Below are positions 18,507 through 29,240 of a stretch of 64,000 bases of DNA, one piece after another (position 1 is the stretch's first letter; each line of letters begins with the position of its first letter). Source of the DNA: Bythopirellula sp. (lineage in GTDB: Bacteria; Planctomycetota; Planctomycetia; Pirellulales; Lacipirellulaceae); assembly GCA_965216565.1 (NCBI GenBank), contig OZ244170.1:4736001-4800000 (forward strand). The letters run 5' to 3'. The position numbers were made by a program, and so were the translations under genes. The notes beneath the pieces were generated by a model. The model searched no databases. It was not told the origin of the DNA and was given only the letters and a program-made list of their open reading frames with translations.

Positions 18507-19664
18507 TTAGCTCAGCTTTTCTCTCGCTGAACGTGCCAGTAGCAGTGCTTGCTCGGCGTTCTCTGCCAGCACCGTAAGGTGTCCCATTTTCCGGCCCGGT
18601 TTTGCTTCGGCTTTGCCGTAGAGATGCAGGTGCAGATTGGGCTGAGACAATATGTCGCCCCAGCGAGGCACCCCATCTTCCCAAAGGTCTCCCATGAGGT
18701 TCGCCATGGCAGCGGCGCGATGCAGTTCGGTGCTCCCCAGCGGCAGGCCGCAGATGGCTCGGACTTGCTGTTCAAACTGAGAAGTCACGCCGGCGTCGAT
18801 TGTCAGGTGGCCTGTGTTGTGGGTGCGGGGCGCGATTTCGTTCACCAACAATTGCCCTTCTTTGGTTAGAAAAAACTCAACCCCCAGCACTCCGATGGCT
18901 CCGAGTTCGGTGGCGATCAATCGCGCCATCTGCTCGGCCTCGTGGGCTGCTCTACCCAGTTCGGGGGCCGGGCAGTGGGAGATGTCGAGAACGTGGTTGA
19001 CGTGATCGTTGGCGATTGCCGGGTAGCAGGCAATCTCACCGACAGCGCTGCGTGCCACCATGACCGAGAGTTCTTGCTGGTATTCGACCCATCCCTCGTA
19101 GATGACCGGCTGACGCCCCAAGTCTTCCCAGCTCTTGATTGCATCGCCGTCTACCGTCAATTTGACTTGGCCCTTGCCATCGTATCCCCATGACGTGGTT
19201 TTTAAGACGGCTGGCAAGCCAATTTTTTTGATTGCCTCGGCGAGTTGTTCCTCGGAAGTGACTTCGGCGAAGGGTGTGCACGGAACATCAATGGACTGTA
19301 GAAATCGCTTCTCGCGAAGTCGATCTTGAGTGATGTGCAGCACCTGGCTGGAGGGATGCATCGCTGTATGCTGCGCTGCGGTATCGGTTGCCGCGGTGGG
19401 TACGTTTTCGAACTCCAGCGTCGCGACGTCAACTGATTTGGCGAACTTGGACACGGCGTCTAAGTCGTCGTACTCGCCGACCGTCTGCAGTGTCGCCACT
19501 TGCCCAGTGGGACTTTGTTCGTTGGGAGAATAAACATGGACCTTGTAGCCCATCGCAGTCGCCGCCATGGTAAACATGCGGCCAAGTTGTCCGCAACCGA
19601 ATACGCCGAGCGTGGCTCCCGGCTGGAGCACCTGCGATTTCCCAGATGATGCGGACGTGGCCAT
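18507..19664 (-). CDS. purK: N5-carboxyaminoimidazole ribonucleotide synthase
   Basis: GCGQLGRM, TLEFENVP, GYDGKGQ, NEIAPRTHNTGH, HLYGK..KPGRKMGH; follows purE. Confidence 0.96.
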   Translation of the reverse strand: MATSASSGKSQVLQPGATLGVFGCGQLGRMFTMAATAMGYKVHVYSPNEQSPTGQVATLQTVGEYDDLDAVSKFAKSVDVATLEFENVPTAATDTAAQHTAMHPSSQVLHITQDRLREKRFLQSIDVPCTPFAEVTSEEQLAEAIKKIGLPAVLKTTSWGYDGKGQVKLTVDGDAIKSWEDLGRQPVIYEGWVEYQQELSVMVARSAVGEIACYPAIANDHVNHVLDISHCPAPELGRAAHEAEQMARLIATELGAIGVLGVEFFLTKEGQLLVNEIAPRTHNTGHLTIDAGVTSQFEQQVRAICGLPLGSTELHRAAAMANLMGDLWEDGVPRWGDILSQPNLHLHLYGKAEAKPGRKMGHLTVLAENAEQALLLARSAREKLS

Positions 19665-19682
19665 CGTGGCGAATCCTTGGGG

Positions 19683-20183
19683 CTAATCCTTAGGAAGTGT
19701 GTCCTGACGCACCTGTTCAGTGAGCCGCAGGTGATACGCGTGGAGTTTCTCGCGGAGTTCGGGCCGATTGTTGGCGAGAATTCTCACGGCCAGCAGCCCC
19801 GCGTTCTTGGCCCCGGCAGTCCCAATGGCAAGTGTTCCCACGGGAACTCCCCCCGGCATTTGGGCGATCGACAACAGCGAATCCATGCCCTTGAGCGCCC
19901 GGCTCTCCACCGGCACACCCAAAACGGGCAGCACCGTTAGCGATGCTACCATCCCCGGCAAATGGGCGGCCCCGCCGGCACCGGCCACAATGACCTGCAG
20001 GCCTCGCGATTCCGCTTCCTGAGCGTACTCGTTCATCCAGAGCGGTGTACGATGGGCGGAAACGATTTCGCACTCATGGGCAACGCCAAACTCCTCCAAC
20101 ACCTCGGCCGCAGCCCGCATGGTTTCCCAATCGCTCTTGCTGCCCATGATGACGCCCACCAGCGGTTCGGTTTTGTCGGGCAT
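19683..20183 (-). CDS. purE: N5-CAIR mutase
   Basis: [35 protein letters not shown]. Confidence 0.97.
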   Translation of the reverse strand: MPDKTEPLVGVIMGSKSDWETMRAAAEVLEEFGVAHECEIVSAHRTPLWMNEYAQEAESRGLQVIVAGAGGAAHLPGMVASLTVLPVLGVPVESRALKGMDSLLSIAQMPGGVPVGTLAIGTAGAKNAGLLAVRILANNRPELREKLHAYHLRLTEQVRQDTLPKD

Positions 20184-20398
20184 GATCGCGTCTGAAAACA
20201 GTTGGGCCTGGAGAGGGGAGGAAGACAATCACAATTCGTGCAAATCATCTTGAAACGTTCGCGGCAGATTGTCAACTCGCCGCTACTCCCGCCTGCGGTT
20301 TCGCTGGCTTACCTCTCGCCAAGGCGCTAAGCCGCGGCGCACCACTGGGGCTACTAGAACAACCTCATGTAGTCTGCACACGGAAGAGTTCGCAGTCG

Positions 20399-21607
20399 TC
20401 AGCCTCGCTCGCGGATGGTTGTGCCGTCGGCGATGTCGTCGCCGGGGTGGACGATGACTTGATCGCCGGGCTCTAAGCCCCTCAGGACTTCCGCCGCTAA
20501 GCCGTTCTGCAGGCCGAGCTCGACTTCCCGCAGGCTGGCCGCCCCGTCTTTGGCAACGAACACGGCCCACTGGTCGCCAATTCGGAACAGAGCGCTGGTC
20601 GGTACCTTCAGCACGTCCGCGGCTTCCTCCACTATGATGCGGGCCTCGACGCGGAATCCATCGCCCAAGCTTCGTCGGTCTTGTGGGGGGTCGAGCAGGT
20701 CGACGATCACGTTCACGCGCTGCTCTTCCACACCCAGGGTAGAAATCTTAGTGAAGGCAGAGGGCTCGACGAGTCGTACCCTGCCCTCCAGAACTCTTGT
20801 GCCACCCCAATGTTCCAGCAGCACACGTGCACCGGCGGGGATCTTCACCGCGTCGCGCGAGAGGACGTCGATCTCCACCTCCAAATCGTGCGGGTCGCCA
20901 AGTTCCAGGAGTGCGGTGCCGGCGTTCACCACCGCGCTACTCTCCTGAAACACTCGCAACACGAGTCCATCGATGGGGGAGCGAATCGTGAAATTCCAAC
21001 CTCCGCCAGGCGAAGGCTGGGCTCGGTCTTGTGGACGCGAACGGATGAGGGCTGCCCGTGCTTGCTCCAGTTCGAAGCGAGCGATCTCTTCGTTGTGCCT
21101 GGCGGCGCGCAACATCGCCTTGCGGCTACGCAGCGCGAGAAGTTTGGCCTCCACCTCGCTTTGACTAATCGCTTGAGCCGCGTCTTGGGCTCGTTGCAAT
21201 TCTGTTTGGGCATACTCCATGTTTGCCTGAGCTTCTTCCAGCATCGGCACCATTTTTTCCAAGGCAGCTTCCGCGGCATTGACTCGCGCCTCGGCTTGAG
21301 CGATCGAGCGAGAGTCGAGCAACTCGGGATCGCGCGGCTCTACGGTGGCCAGTAGTGTTTCGCTGCTGGTCACTTCATCGCCAGGGTCGAGATCGATCCG
21401 TAAAAGTCGACCTGCTAGGGGTGTGGAGACTATATATCGCTCGCGAATTCGGGTCTTGCCATCCTGATCGACGGTCACTCGAATCGTGCCGTTCTCGATC
21501 TGCGCTAAATCGACCTCTTTCGGTTCCGGGACAAAGCCATACCCAACCGCGGCAACAATGGCCACGGCTACGAGCAGGAGCGATAGTTTGCGGAAAGTTG
21601 ATTTCAT
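20399..21607 (-). CDS. Periplasmic adaptor (HlyD/MacA family)
   Basis: N-terminal TM, lipoyl-like halves, coiled coil, IRSPIDG, SAFTKISTLGVEEQRV. Confidence 0.9.
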   Translation of the reverse strand: MKSTFRKLSLLLVAVAIVAAVGYGFVPEPKEVDLAQIENGTIRVTVDQDGKTRIRERYIVSTPLAGRLLRIDLDPGDEVTSSETLLATVEPRDPELLDSRSIAQAEARVNAAEAALEKMVPMLEEAQANMEYAQTELQRAQDAAQAISQSEVEAKLLALRSRKAMLRAARHNEEIARFELEQARAALIRSRPQDRAQPSPGGGWNFTIRSPIDGLVLRVFQESSAVVNAGTALLELGDPHDLEVEIDVLSRDAVKIPAGARVLLEHWGGTRVLEGRVRLVEPSAFTKISTLGVEEQRVNVIVDLLDPPQDRRSLGDGFRVEARIIVEEAADVLKVPTSALFRIGDQWAVFVAKDGAASLREVELGLQNGLAAEVLRGLEPGDQVIVHPGDDIADGTTIRERG

Positions 21608-21659
21608 AGTGGGATGCTTAGTTATGTTGCTTTCTTACAGCTAATCTCACATGGTAAAG

Positions 21660-21700
21660 CCCCCTCCCCTAGCCCCTCCCCCGAAAACGGGAGAGGGGGA
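21660..21700. repeat. REP-like hairpin within the ABC operon
   Basis: ccccctcccctagcccctcccccgaaaacgggagaggggga; same family as 1843-1929. Confidence 0.55.
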
Positions 21701-21717
21701 TTGGAATGAGCTCTTGG

Positions 21718-24081
21718 CTATTCTCTTGCCTTCAATACAGCAATCAAGTCGAGATGGTCGAGTTTGTTGCGCACCAGCAGCCCCGAGACGACCGAGGCCG
21801 CCATCACCACAGAGGCAGCTAGTGCATAGGTAGTTCGCTCGATCACCAGCGGAAATCGGAACAATTCCAGGTCCAGCGTGCTCACTACGAGCGAGGCCAG
21901 TTGATAACCCATCCACAGACCCAGGGGAATGGCAATCAAGGTGACGATGGCCAGCTCGCCCAGCAAGATGGCGGAAATCTCACCCCGAGTGAACCCTATC
22001 ACTCGCAACGTCGCCAGCTCGCGGCTGCGCTCCGAAAGCGAGATGCGGGCACTGTTGTAAACCACACCAATCGCAATCACGCAGGCAAATATCAGATTGA
22101 TCGACCGCATCAACATCATGTTTTCGCCGATGGTTTTTTCAAAGCTATCGATTGCATGCTGTTTGACCGTGACGCCCGCGACGTTGGGAACTTGTTTGAG
22201 CTGACGAAACAAGGTGTCTTCCACGCGCGAATCGACAACCATATGTGCGCCGTTTACCAGCGGTCCTTCGCGCATCATGTTGCTAAGGGCATCGATGCTC
22301 ATGTAGGCGCTGACACCGGCGAAGTCTTGGAGTTGCCCGGCGACCACCACTTCCCGCACGGGTCGTTTTCCCTCCAGCACTTCTACCTGAATATGGTCGC
22401 CAATTTTTACCCCTAAGATATCTCCTAACTTCCGAGAGATTAGCAGTCCGTCGGTGGGGAGTGCGATTTCCTTGCCGTCAATATTCACCAGTCCGTAGAG
22501 CTTGCTGTCGAGCGGGATTCCCTGGATGCCAACACGACGTTCGCGAGGGCCGACACGGAACCGCGTGGAGACCGACCGCGTCGGTTCCGCATAAATCACC
22601 CCCGGCATGCTGCTCACTTCGTGAATAGCGCGACTGGAGACTGGCTCGTTTGTCACGATGGACATGTCGTACCGCTGCACTAACCGAAACTGGGCGTGGA
22701 TGACGTAGTCGACCGAATCTTCCATGAAGTTGCCCAACACAATGATGGCAACCGCCATGGCAATGGCCGTTACGGAGAGCCCCGTTTTGATCGGGTGACG
22801 TTCCAGTTGGCGAATAATCATGCGTCCCACGGGCGGGACAAGATGGCCGAGCCGAATCCGCTCCAAGAGCGTCGGGCCATAGGTGGTGGGAGGCTCGGCC
22901 CGCATCGCTTCGGCGGGTGGGAGGCGAACGGCTCGAATAATGGCGCTCGCAGTGCCCAGCGTGGCCGCAACTATGCTAACAAGGGTGGCCGTCAGTGCCA
23001 CATCGTAAGTCAATTGATAGGTGAATGAAGGGAAGTGAAACAGCTTGGCATACATACCTGTAACGCCCTGCCCTAGCCATGCCCCCAGTGGCAATCCAAT
23101 TGCCAGGCCGAACCCGACGATCAGCAGCACTAGCTTCAGATAGTGCCAACCGACTTCCCAATTGGAATAGCCAAAAGCCTTTAGCGCAGCAATTTGCTCG
23201 CGTTGCAGATTGATGATCCGAGTGAGAACCACATTCAACAGAAACGCAGCGACACCCAGAAACACCGAAGGCATGATCAGCCCTAGTTGCCGATTCTGCT
23301 CAATTTCGTTATCCACAAACATGTGCGATGGTTGATCCTTGCGCGTGAACGAACCAAGTCCGCCGTACGGTTCAATCAACTCATCTAGCCGCGCCAGCAC
23401 TTCATCTGCCAACGCGCCACGCAATAGCGATAAGGTGACATCGTTAAAGGCACCTTCCAGATTGTAGGCCACGGACAATGCCTCGTGGTTCATCCAAAAA
23501 ACGCCAAAATGCTTGTTGTCGGGGAGTAGGTCGCCGGGTTTGATTTCGTAGATGTACTCTGGAGAGAGGGCGATGCCGACGATGCGCAATCGCTTTTGTC
23601 GGCCATTGATCACGGCGAGAATGTCGTCTCCTACGTGAAGATCATTGGCCAGGGTGAACGCCTCGCTGGCCAGCACTTCGTCGTCGCGACGCGGCTTGAG
23701 CCAGCGGCCTTTGCGCAAATAGAGTTGGTTGAGTACGGGCTTGCGGGTGTCGGGTAGCGAAACCAGCCGCCCTGTTGCTGGTTCGGAGACTCCGGGAACA
23801 GTCAGATTGACGTTGACGACGATGCGGGTTTCCAGCCGGCCCACGCCGGGGATTTCTGCAATCCGATCGGCGAGAACATCGGGAGCACGCTTGAGCGAGG
23901 CAAACACGTCGGCAAATAGATAACGCTGGTAGTACGTGTCCTGGGTGAGTTCCAGCGAGAACAGCATACTCCGCGACAGGGTGAACAGCGCGATGCCACA
24001 GGCAATCACCATGGCAATCGCCACTGCCTGTCCCTTCATGTTCCAAAGATCGCGAAACGTTTTTCGATTGAGCGCTGTCAT
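21718..24081 (-). CDS. ABC transporter permease, duplicated MacB/FtsX type
   Basis: Two FtsX-like halves (QREQIAALKAFG; ERSRELATLRVIGF). Confidence 0.9.
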   Translation of the reverse strand: MTALNRKTFRDLWNMKGQAVAIAMVIACGIALFTLSRSMLFSLELTQDTYYQRYLFADVFASLKRAPDVLADRIAEIPGVGRLETRIVVNVNLTVPGVSEPATGRLVSLPDTRKPVLNQLYLRKGRWLKPRRDDEVLASEAFTLANDLHVGDDILAVINGRQKRLRIVGIALSPEYIYEIKPGDLLPDNKHFGVFWMNHEALSVAYNLEGAFNDVTLSLLRGALADEVLARLDELIEPYGGLGSFTRKDQPSHMFVDNEIEQNRQLGLIMPSVFLGVAAFLLNVVLTRIINLQREQIAALKAFGYSNWEVGWHYLKLVLLIVGFGLAIGLPLGAWLGQGVTGMYAKLFHFPSFTYQLTYDVALTATLVSIVAATLGTASAIIRAVRLPPAEAMRAEPPTTYGPTLLERIRLGHLVPPVGRMIIRQLERHPIKTGLSVTAIAMAVAIIVLGNFMEDSVDYVIHAQFRLVQRYDMSIVTNEPVSSRAIHEVSSMPGVIYAEPTRSVSTRFRVGPRERRVGIQGIPLDSKLYGLVNIDGKEIALPTDGLLISRKLGDILGVKIGDHIQVEVLEGKRPVREVVVAGQLQDFAGVSAYMSIDALSNMMREGPLVNGAHMVVDSRVEDTLFRQLKQVPNVAGVTVKQHAIDSFEKTIGENMMLMRSINLIFACVIAIGVVYNSARISLSERSRELATLRVIGFTRGEISAILLGELAIVTLIAIPLGLWMGYQLASLVVSTLDLELFRFPLVIERTTYALAASVVMAASVVSGLLVRNKLDHLDLIAVLKARE

Positions 24082-24087
24082 GGTTGG

Positions 24088-24807
24088 CTACCAGGTGAGC
24101 TCGTGCGCTTCGCGGCGTGTTGCATTTTGCTCGACTCCGGTTATGAGTCCCCCGGAAAGATGAATCACTCGGTCTGCCATTTCTGCGATTACTGCATTGT
24201 GGGTGATCACTGCGGTGGTCGTCCCTAGTTCTTGATTGATTCGCTGGATCGCCTCGAGCACCAACACGCCGGTCTTCACGTCAAGGGCACCGGTCGGTTC
24301 GTCGCAGAGCAAGACGTCTGGCTTCTTGGCAACCGCGCGTGCAATGGCCACGCGTTGCTGCTCACCCCCTGACATTTGCGCCGGGAAATGATCTTTTCGG
24401 TCTCCCAGGTCCACAAGTTCCAACGCCTCCAAAGGCGTCATCGGATTGGCCGCAATCTCCGTGATTAGTGCGACGTTTTCCAGCGCTGTGAGGCTTGGAA
24501 TCAAATTGTAGAACTGAAACACGAAGCCGACGTGGTCGCGGCGATAGCTGGTCAGCCCCGCATCGTCGAAGTTGGTGAGCTCCTTATCCCGGTAATGAAC
24601 AGAGCCCGCCGACGGCACATCGAGCCCGCCCAGGATGTTCAGCAGAGTACTTTTGCCACTCCCCGAAGGGCCCAGCAAGACGACAAACTCACCCGAATGC
24701 AGATCGAGGTCTACTCCGCGCAAGGCTTGCACGTCCACCTCGCCCATATGGTAGACCTTGGTGATTTCTCGGGCAGCAAATACTGATTGTGCTTGCGTTG
24801 TTTCCAC
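24088..24807 (-). CDS. ABC transporter ATP-binding protein (LolD/MacB type)
   Basis: [34 protein letters not shown]. Confidence 0.95.
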   Translation of the reverse strand: METTQAQSVFAAREITKVYHMGEVDVQALRGVDLDLHSGEFVVLLGPSGSGKSTLLNILGGLDVPSAGSVHYRDKELTNFDDAGLTSYRRDHVGFVFQFYNLIPSLTALENVALITEIAANPMTPLEALELVDLGDRKDHFPAQMSGGEQQRVAIARAVAKKPDVLLCDEPTGALDVKTGVLVLEAIQRINQELGTTTAVITHNAVIAEMADRVIHLSGGLITGVEQNATRREAHELTW

Positions 24808-24853
24808 AGGATCTAAACCGCAAGAGGGGAGGTGGGATCACTCTGGAGTCGAG

Positions 24854-25915
24854 CTATTGGGCTTCGCTCTTTGCTTCGGCCATATCGGCTTCGACCATCA
24901 TCTTAGCAAGCTCAACAAGCCCCACCCTGGGTTTCCAGCCGAGTTTGGACTGGGCTTTGGAAGAATCGCCCAAGAGCAAATCAACCTCGGCGGGTCGGTA
25001 ATAGTTAGGATCGACGGCGACGATCGTCCGTCCTTCGGCATCTTTACCAACTTCAGATTCGCCGATGCCTTCCCACTGGAGCGGCAAACCTACTTCTGCA
25101 AAGCAGAGCTCGCAAAACTCCCGGACCGAATTGGTTTCGCCGGTGGCAATAACATAGTCTTCAGGTACGTCCTGTTGCAGCATGAGCCACATGGCTTCGA
25201 CATAGTCGCCAGCGAATCCCCAGTCCCGCTTGGCATCGAGGTTGCCTAAAAAGAGACAGTCCTGATTGCCCAGCTTGATGCGAGCAGCTGCCCGGCTAAT
25301 TTTACGAGTGACGAATGTTTCGCCACGGCGGGGAGACTCATGGTTGAACAGAATCCCATTCACGGCAAACATGCCGTACGACTCGCGATAGTTTCGAGTG
25401 ATATGAAACGCGTACGCCTTGGCTGCCGCGTAGGGGCTGCGCGGATAAAAGGGTGTCGTTTCGGTTTGCGGAGTTTCCACCACCTTGCCGTAGAGTTCGG
25501 AAGACGAGGCTTGATAGAACTTGGCGTCGAGCCCCGATTCGCGAATCGCTTCTAACATTCGAACCGTCCCCAGGCCGGTGACGTCCCCCGTGTATTCTGG
25601 GATTTCGAAGGAGACTTTCACATGCGACTGTGCGCCTAAGTTGTAGATTTCGTCGGGTCGTATCGTGCGGATGATATGGTTGATGCTGGAGGCATCATTG
25701 AGATCGCCATAACAGAGTCGCATACGGATATCAGTTTCGTGAGGATCCTGATAGATGTGGTCGATGCGACCGGTATTGAAAGACGAACTGCGGCGAATGA
25801 TGCCCCAAACCTGATAGCCTTTGCTCAGTAACAGTTCGGCCAGGTATGAGCCGTCTTGTCCCGTAATGCCGGTGATCAGCGCGCGTTTGCCAGCTGGAGT
25901 TAGGTTTTTGCTCAT
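24854..25915 (-). CDS. gmd: GDP-mannose 4,6-dehydratase
   Basis: [51 protein letters not shown]. Confidence 0.97.
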   Translation of the reverse strand: MSKNLTPAGKRALITGITGQDGSYLAELLLSKGYQVWGIIRRSSSFNTGRIDHIYQDPHETDIRMRLCYGDLNDASSINHIIRTIRPDEIYNLGAQSHVKVSFEIPEYTGDVTGLGTVRMLEAIRESGLDAKFYQASSSELYGKVVETPQTETTPFYPRSPYAAAKAYAFHITRNYRESYGMFAVNGILFNHESPRRGETFVTRKISRAAARIKLGNQDCLFLGNLDAKRDWGFAGDYVEAMWLMLQQDVPEDYVIATGETNSVREFCELCFAEVGLPLQWEGIGESEVGKDAEGRTIVAVDPNYYRPAEVDLLLGDSSKAQSKLGWKPRVGLVELAKMMVEADMAEAKSEAQ

Positions 25916-26024
25916 CGAATAAATGTTTTCCAAAAAGGCGAGGCGTTGTCTGGGGCGGTCGTTGACTCACTAGAGTAAGAGCGAACCCTTCCGGCATATC
26001 CGGCAGGTGGGCTTGCCGTCAAGA

Positions 26025-26972
26025 TTAATCCTTGGGCGGATGTTCAAGAAACCATTCGTAAGTGGTTCGAATCCCCTCGGCCAGTTCAATCTTATGTTTC
26101 CAGCCCAGGGCATGAAGTCGGCTTACATCCAACAGTTTTCGAGGTGTGCCGTCTGGCCTGCTGGTATCGTAGACGAGCTTGGCTTCTGGAAATACGGTCT
26201 CGCGCACTAGCTCGGCAAGCTCGGAAATAGCGATATCCTCGCCGCTACCCACATTGATGGTTTCAGCGTCGTCGTAGTTCTCAATGAGAAACAGGCAGGC
26301 TGCCGCTAGATCGTCGACGTGCAAGAATTCCCGGCGAGGCGATCCGCTACCCCAAATTTCAACTTCGTCCCGGTTGGCTAGTTTGGCTTCGTGGAATTTT
26401 CGAATCAACGCGGGTACCACATGCGAGCTAGCAAGACCAAAATTGTCCCTCGGTCCGTAGAGATTCGTGGGCATGGCCGAAATAAAATTACAGTCATATT
26501 GGCGACGATAATACTCGCAAGATTTGAGCCCCGTAATCTTCGCTAAGGCGTAGGCTTCGTTAGTTTTTTCCAGAGGACCTGTCAATAAATAGTCTTCCTG
26601 GATGGGTTGAGGGCAATCTCTTGGATAAATGCAGGAACTTCCTAGGTAGAGAAGCTTCTTAACTTTATGCTGGCAAGCGCTTCGTAGGACCGTTGCATGG
26701 ATCAACAAGTTCTCGTACATGAAGTCCGCTGGATAAGTAATGTTGGCATTGATGCCTCCCACCTTGCCTGCGACGTGAATTACGTATTCAGGTTGGTGCT
26801 CTGCGAACCATTGATCGACGGCAAGCGGATCGCATAGGTCGAGTTCAGACCGGGTTGCTCGCAAGAGGTTGGTGAAGCCCCGGTTCTCCAGAGAGCGAGT
26901 GATGGCCGAGCCAACTAGACCTCGGTGTCCGGTGACAAAGACTTTGGCATCGCGTGAAATGGAATTGGTCAT
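26025..26972 (-). CDS. fcl: GDP-L-fucose synthase
   Basis: [44 protein letters not shown]. Confidence 0.96.
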   Translation of the reverse strand: MTNSISRDAKVFVTGHRGLVGSAITRSLENRGFTNLLRATRSELDLCDPLAVDQWFAEHQPEYVIHVAGKVGGINANITYPADFMYENLLIHATVLRSACQHKVKKLLYLGSSCIYPRDCPQPIQEDYLLTGPLEKTNEAYALAKITGLKSCEYYRRQYDCNFISAMPTNLYGPRDNFGLASSHVVPALIRKFHEAKLANRDEVEIWGSGSPRREFLHVDDLAAACLFLIENYDDAETINVGSGEDIAISELAELVRETVFPEAKLVYDTSRPDGTPRKLLDVSRLHALGWKHKIELAEGIRTTYEWFLEHPPKD

Positions 26973-27140
26973 AAGGGTTTTGAGAGTAGTTGACGTTGAT
27001 GACGCTACGAATAAGTGGTTGGAAGCTTATCTCAAGTTGTTTTTCGACCTGCAACAGGATAAAACTTCTACTAAGTGTCTGCCTAAGTTGGCATCGATAG
27101 CAGCGGTTGCTGAGCTAGATTCTCGGCAGTTGCAAGAGTC

Positions 27141-28880
27141 ATGTTTTGCGAAAGAATCTTGTTTATGGTGATACGCCGTTATCGATATATTTTGATTGTT
27201 GCCGTCGTACTTGGTTTGGCAGTGCAGGGGGGAAACTCGTCTGTATGTGTTGCGGGAGGCGGGCCAGAGAACGTGTTTCTGCTGGTGAATTCGTCCAGTA
27301 TAGACTCGATGACGGTAGCCAACCACTATATCGATCTGCGAAAGCTTCCCCCTCAGAATGTCTTCTACTTAGACTGGCGAAGGTCCAAGGGGGATACCCA
27401 AGGCAGCGTGTTTCGCGAGGAGATTCTGCAGCCTGCCCTCGAGGAGATCAATAAACGGAAGCTAGGCGGGCAGATTGACTACCTTGTCTATTCTTGCGAT
27501 TTTCCCTGGCGAATCAATTTTCAAAGAGATTTCCCCAACGAGAAGTTTGGCCGCGGAATGCGGCCACTGGCCTCCACAACCGGTGCGACGTTTCTGTGGC
27601 CCTTTACGATGGGCAAGCGAAAGGAAATGTTTGGCCTAAATACCAATTTCTATTTCTCGGCCCGTCGCGCGGGGATGACGTTCACGCGGGGGTTCAAATC
27701 TAGCTACTTCTGGAATGCCGAGGGACGCCGCACAACCAAGGATAAGGGAGTGCCCTATCTGTTGTCGACCATGTTGGGAGTGACGTACGGTAGGGGCAAC
27801 ACGGTCGACGAAATTATCAGGTATCTAGAAAGAGCAGCCCAGGCGGATGGCACAAAGCCAAAGGGGACTATTTATTATGTGAAGAACGATTCCCCTCGGT
27901 CGACGCCGCGGCACGATGATTTCCCGCAAGCGGTGGCTGACTTGAAAATGTTGGGAGTCCACGCCGAGATTGAGCAGGGAAGATTCCTCAGGAATAAAAC
28001 GCAAGTCATGGGAGTTACCTGCGGCGGACCTGTTTTGAAGATTGCAGCCTCTGGAACTCGTTTCTTACCTGGTGCCCTGGGCGACAACCTCACTAGTGCC
28101 GGCGGCAACTTGGTGATTCGCAAAACCAAAGGTCCCGACCAAACACCCATTAGCGAATTCCTGCGATTCGGTTGCGCGGGTGCCTGTGGCACGGTTGCCG
28201 AACCGCTTAACTTCCCACAGAAGTTCCCCTCCGCGTTTTTGCATGTTCACTATGCTCGAGGGAGTTCCCTGGCCGAAGCATTTTATCAATCGATTGCGGG
28301 TCCCTTTCAGCAACTCATCATCGGCGATCCGATTTGCCAACCCTGGGCTAATATCTCTGAAGTGTCACTCGAAGATATCACCGAGGGACAACGCGTCTCG
28401 GATACTCTCAAGATCAAGCCATCCCTGAGAAAGGGGAAGGCCAAATTCTTCGAGTTCTTCGTCGATGGTCGACGTATTGGGCGTCGCCCACCAGGCGAAG
28501 AATTTTCGATTGATACGAAAACATTGCCGGACGGTTACCACGAATTGAGAGTCGTGGCGACGGACAATACACCCTTTGAAACTGTGAGCCGTTGGGTCGG
28601 CGAAATCGTTGTGAAGAACGGCATGGATGCACTCCAGTTGTCCACCGATGTGGCATCAGTGGATTCGTCGCTGAAGGCACTCAACCTGACAGTGGCATCA
28701 TCGGCCGAAGGGAGTGTGGCGATACTGCATAATGGACGCAAGCTAGCCTCGGTGAATCGGGGTAATGGCAGCGCGCTAATTCCAATCGATAAACTCGGCA
28801 AGGGGCCGGTATCCCTCATCGCTGTTACAGAAGGTGAGAAGCGACTGCAGTCGCGGCCTCTACGCGTAGATATCCCTTAG
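27141..28880 (+). CDS. TIGR03790-like exported protein (exosortase-associated family)
   Basis: GGGPENVFLLVN..S.DS..VANHY, PGALGDNLTS, GTVAEP, LAEAFY, IGDP; true start may be 27165. Confidence 0.75.
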   Translation: MFCERILFMVIRRYRYILIVAVVLGLAVQGGNSSVCVAGGGPENVFLLVNSSSIDSMTVANHYIDLRKLPPQNVFYLDWRRSKGDTQGSVFREEILQPALEEINKRKLGGQIDYLVYSCDFPWRINFQRDFPNEKFGRGMRPLASTTGATFLWPFTMGKRKEMFGLNTNFYFSARRAGMTFTRGFKSSYFWNAEGRRTTKDKGVPYLLSTMLGVTYGRGNTVDEIIRYLERAAQADGTKPKGTIYYVKNDSPRSTPRHDDFPQAVADLKMLGVHAEIEQGRFLRNKTQVMGVTCGGPVLKIAASGTRFLPGALGDNLTSAGGNLVIRKTKGPDQTPISEFLRFGCAGACGTVAEPLNFPQKFPSAFLHVHYARGSSLAEAFYQSIAGPFQQLIIGDPICQPWANISEVSLEDITEGQRVSDTLKIKPSLRKGKAKFFEFFVDGRRIGRRPPGEEFSIDTKTLPDGYHELRVVATDNTPFETVSRWVGEIVVKNGMDALQLSTDVASVDSSLKALNLTVASSAEGSVAILHNGRKLASVNRGNGSALIPIDKLGKGPVSLIAVTEGEKRLQSRPLRVDIP

Positions 28881-29028
28881 CGAATCGAGAATTCCCCCGA
28901 GAAATCACTGTCCTACTGCATCCGTATCCAAGTGTCCTCTGTCCTATGAACTTCCCTAGTTACGCAGGTTCAATAATCGTTGTGTTGACTACGTCTGTCA
29001 TAGGTTTTGGCGAGAGGTTTAGCCATCG

Positions 29029-29056
29029 TTGACAGGCACCCACAGCGGGATACGAT
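29029..29056 (+). promoter_or_regulatory. Putative sigma70 promoter of the TPR gene
   Basis: TTGACA-16 nt-TACGAT. Confidence 0.5.
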
Positions 29057-29240
29057 GAAGAGTTGGCCAAATATGGCTTTGGCCCGCAATAGATAGTGCT
29101 TTTCGGAATCATGGCCCTGGTCAGGGAACAATTGCCTCCGCGATCGACCTTTCGGTTTCGAGGTAGATAAATCGTGACCCTATATAATTCATTTCGGCTC
29201 TGCAGCTAATTCATATTTTAATTTTGGTGAGCTTTCCAGC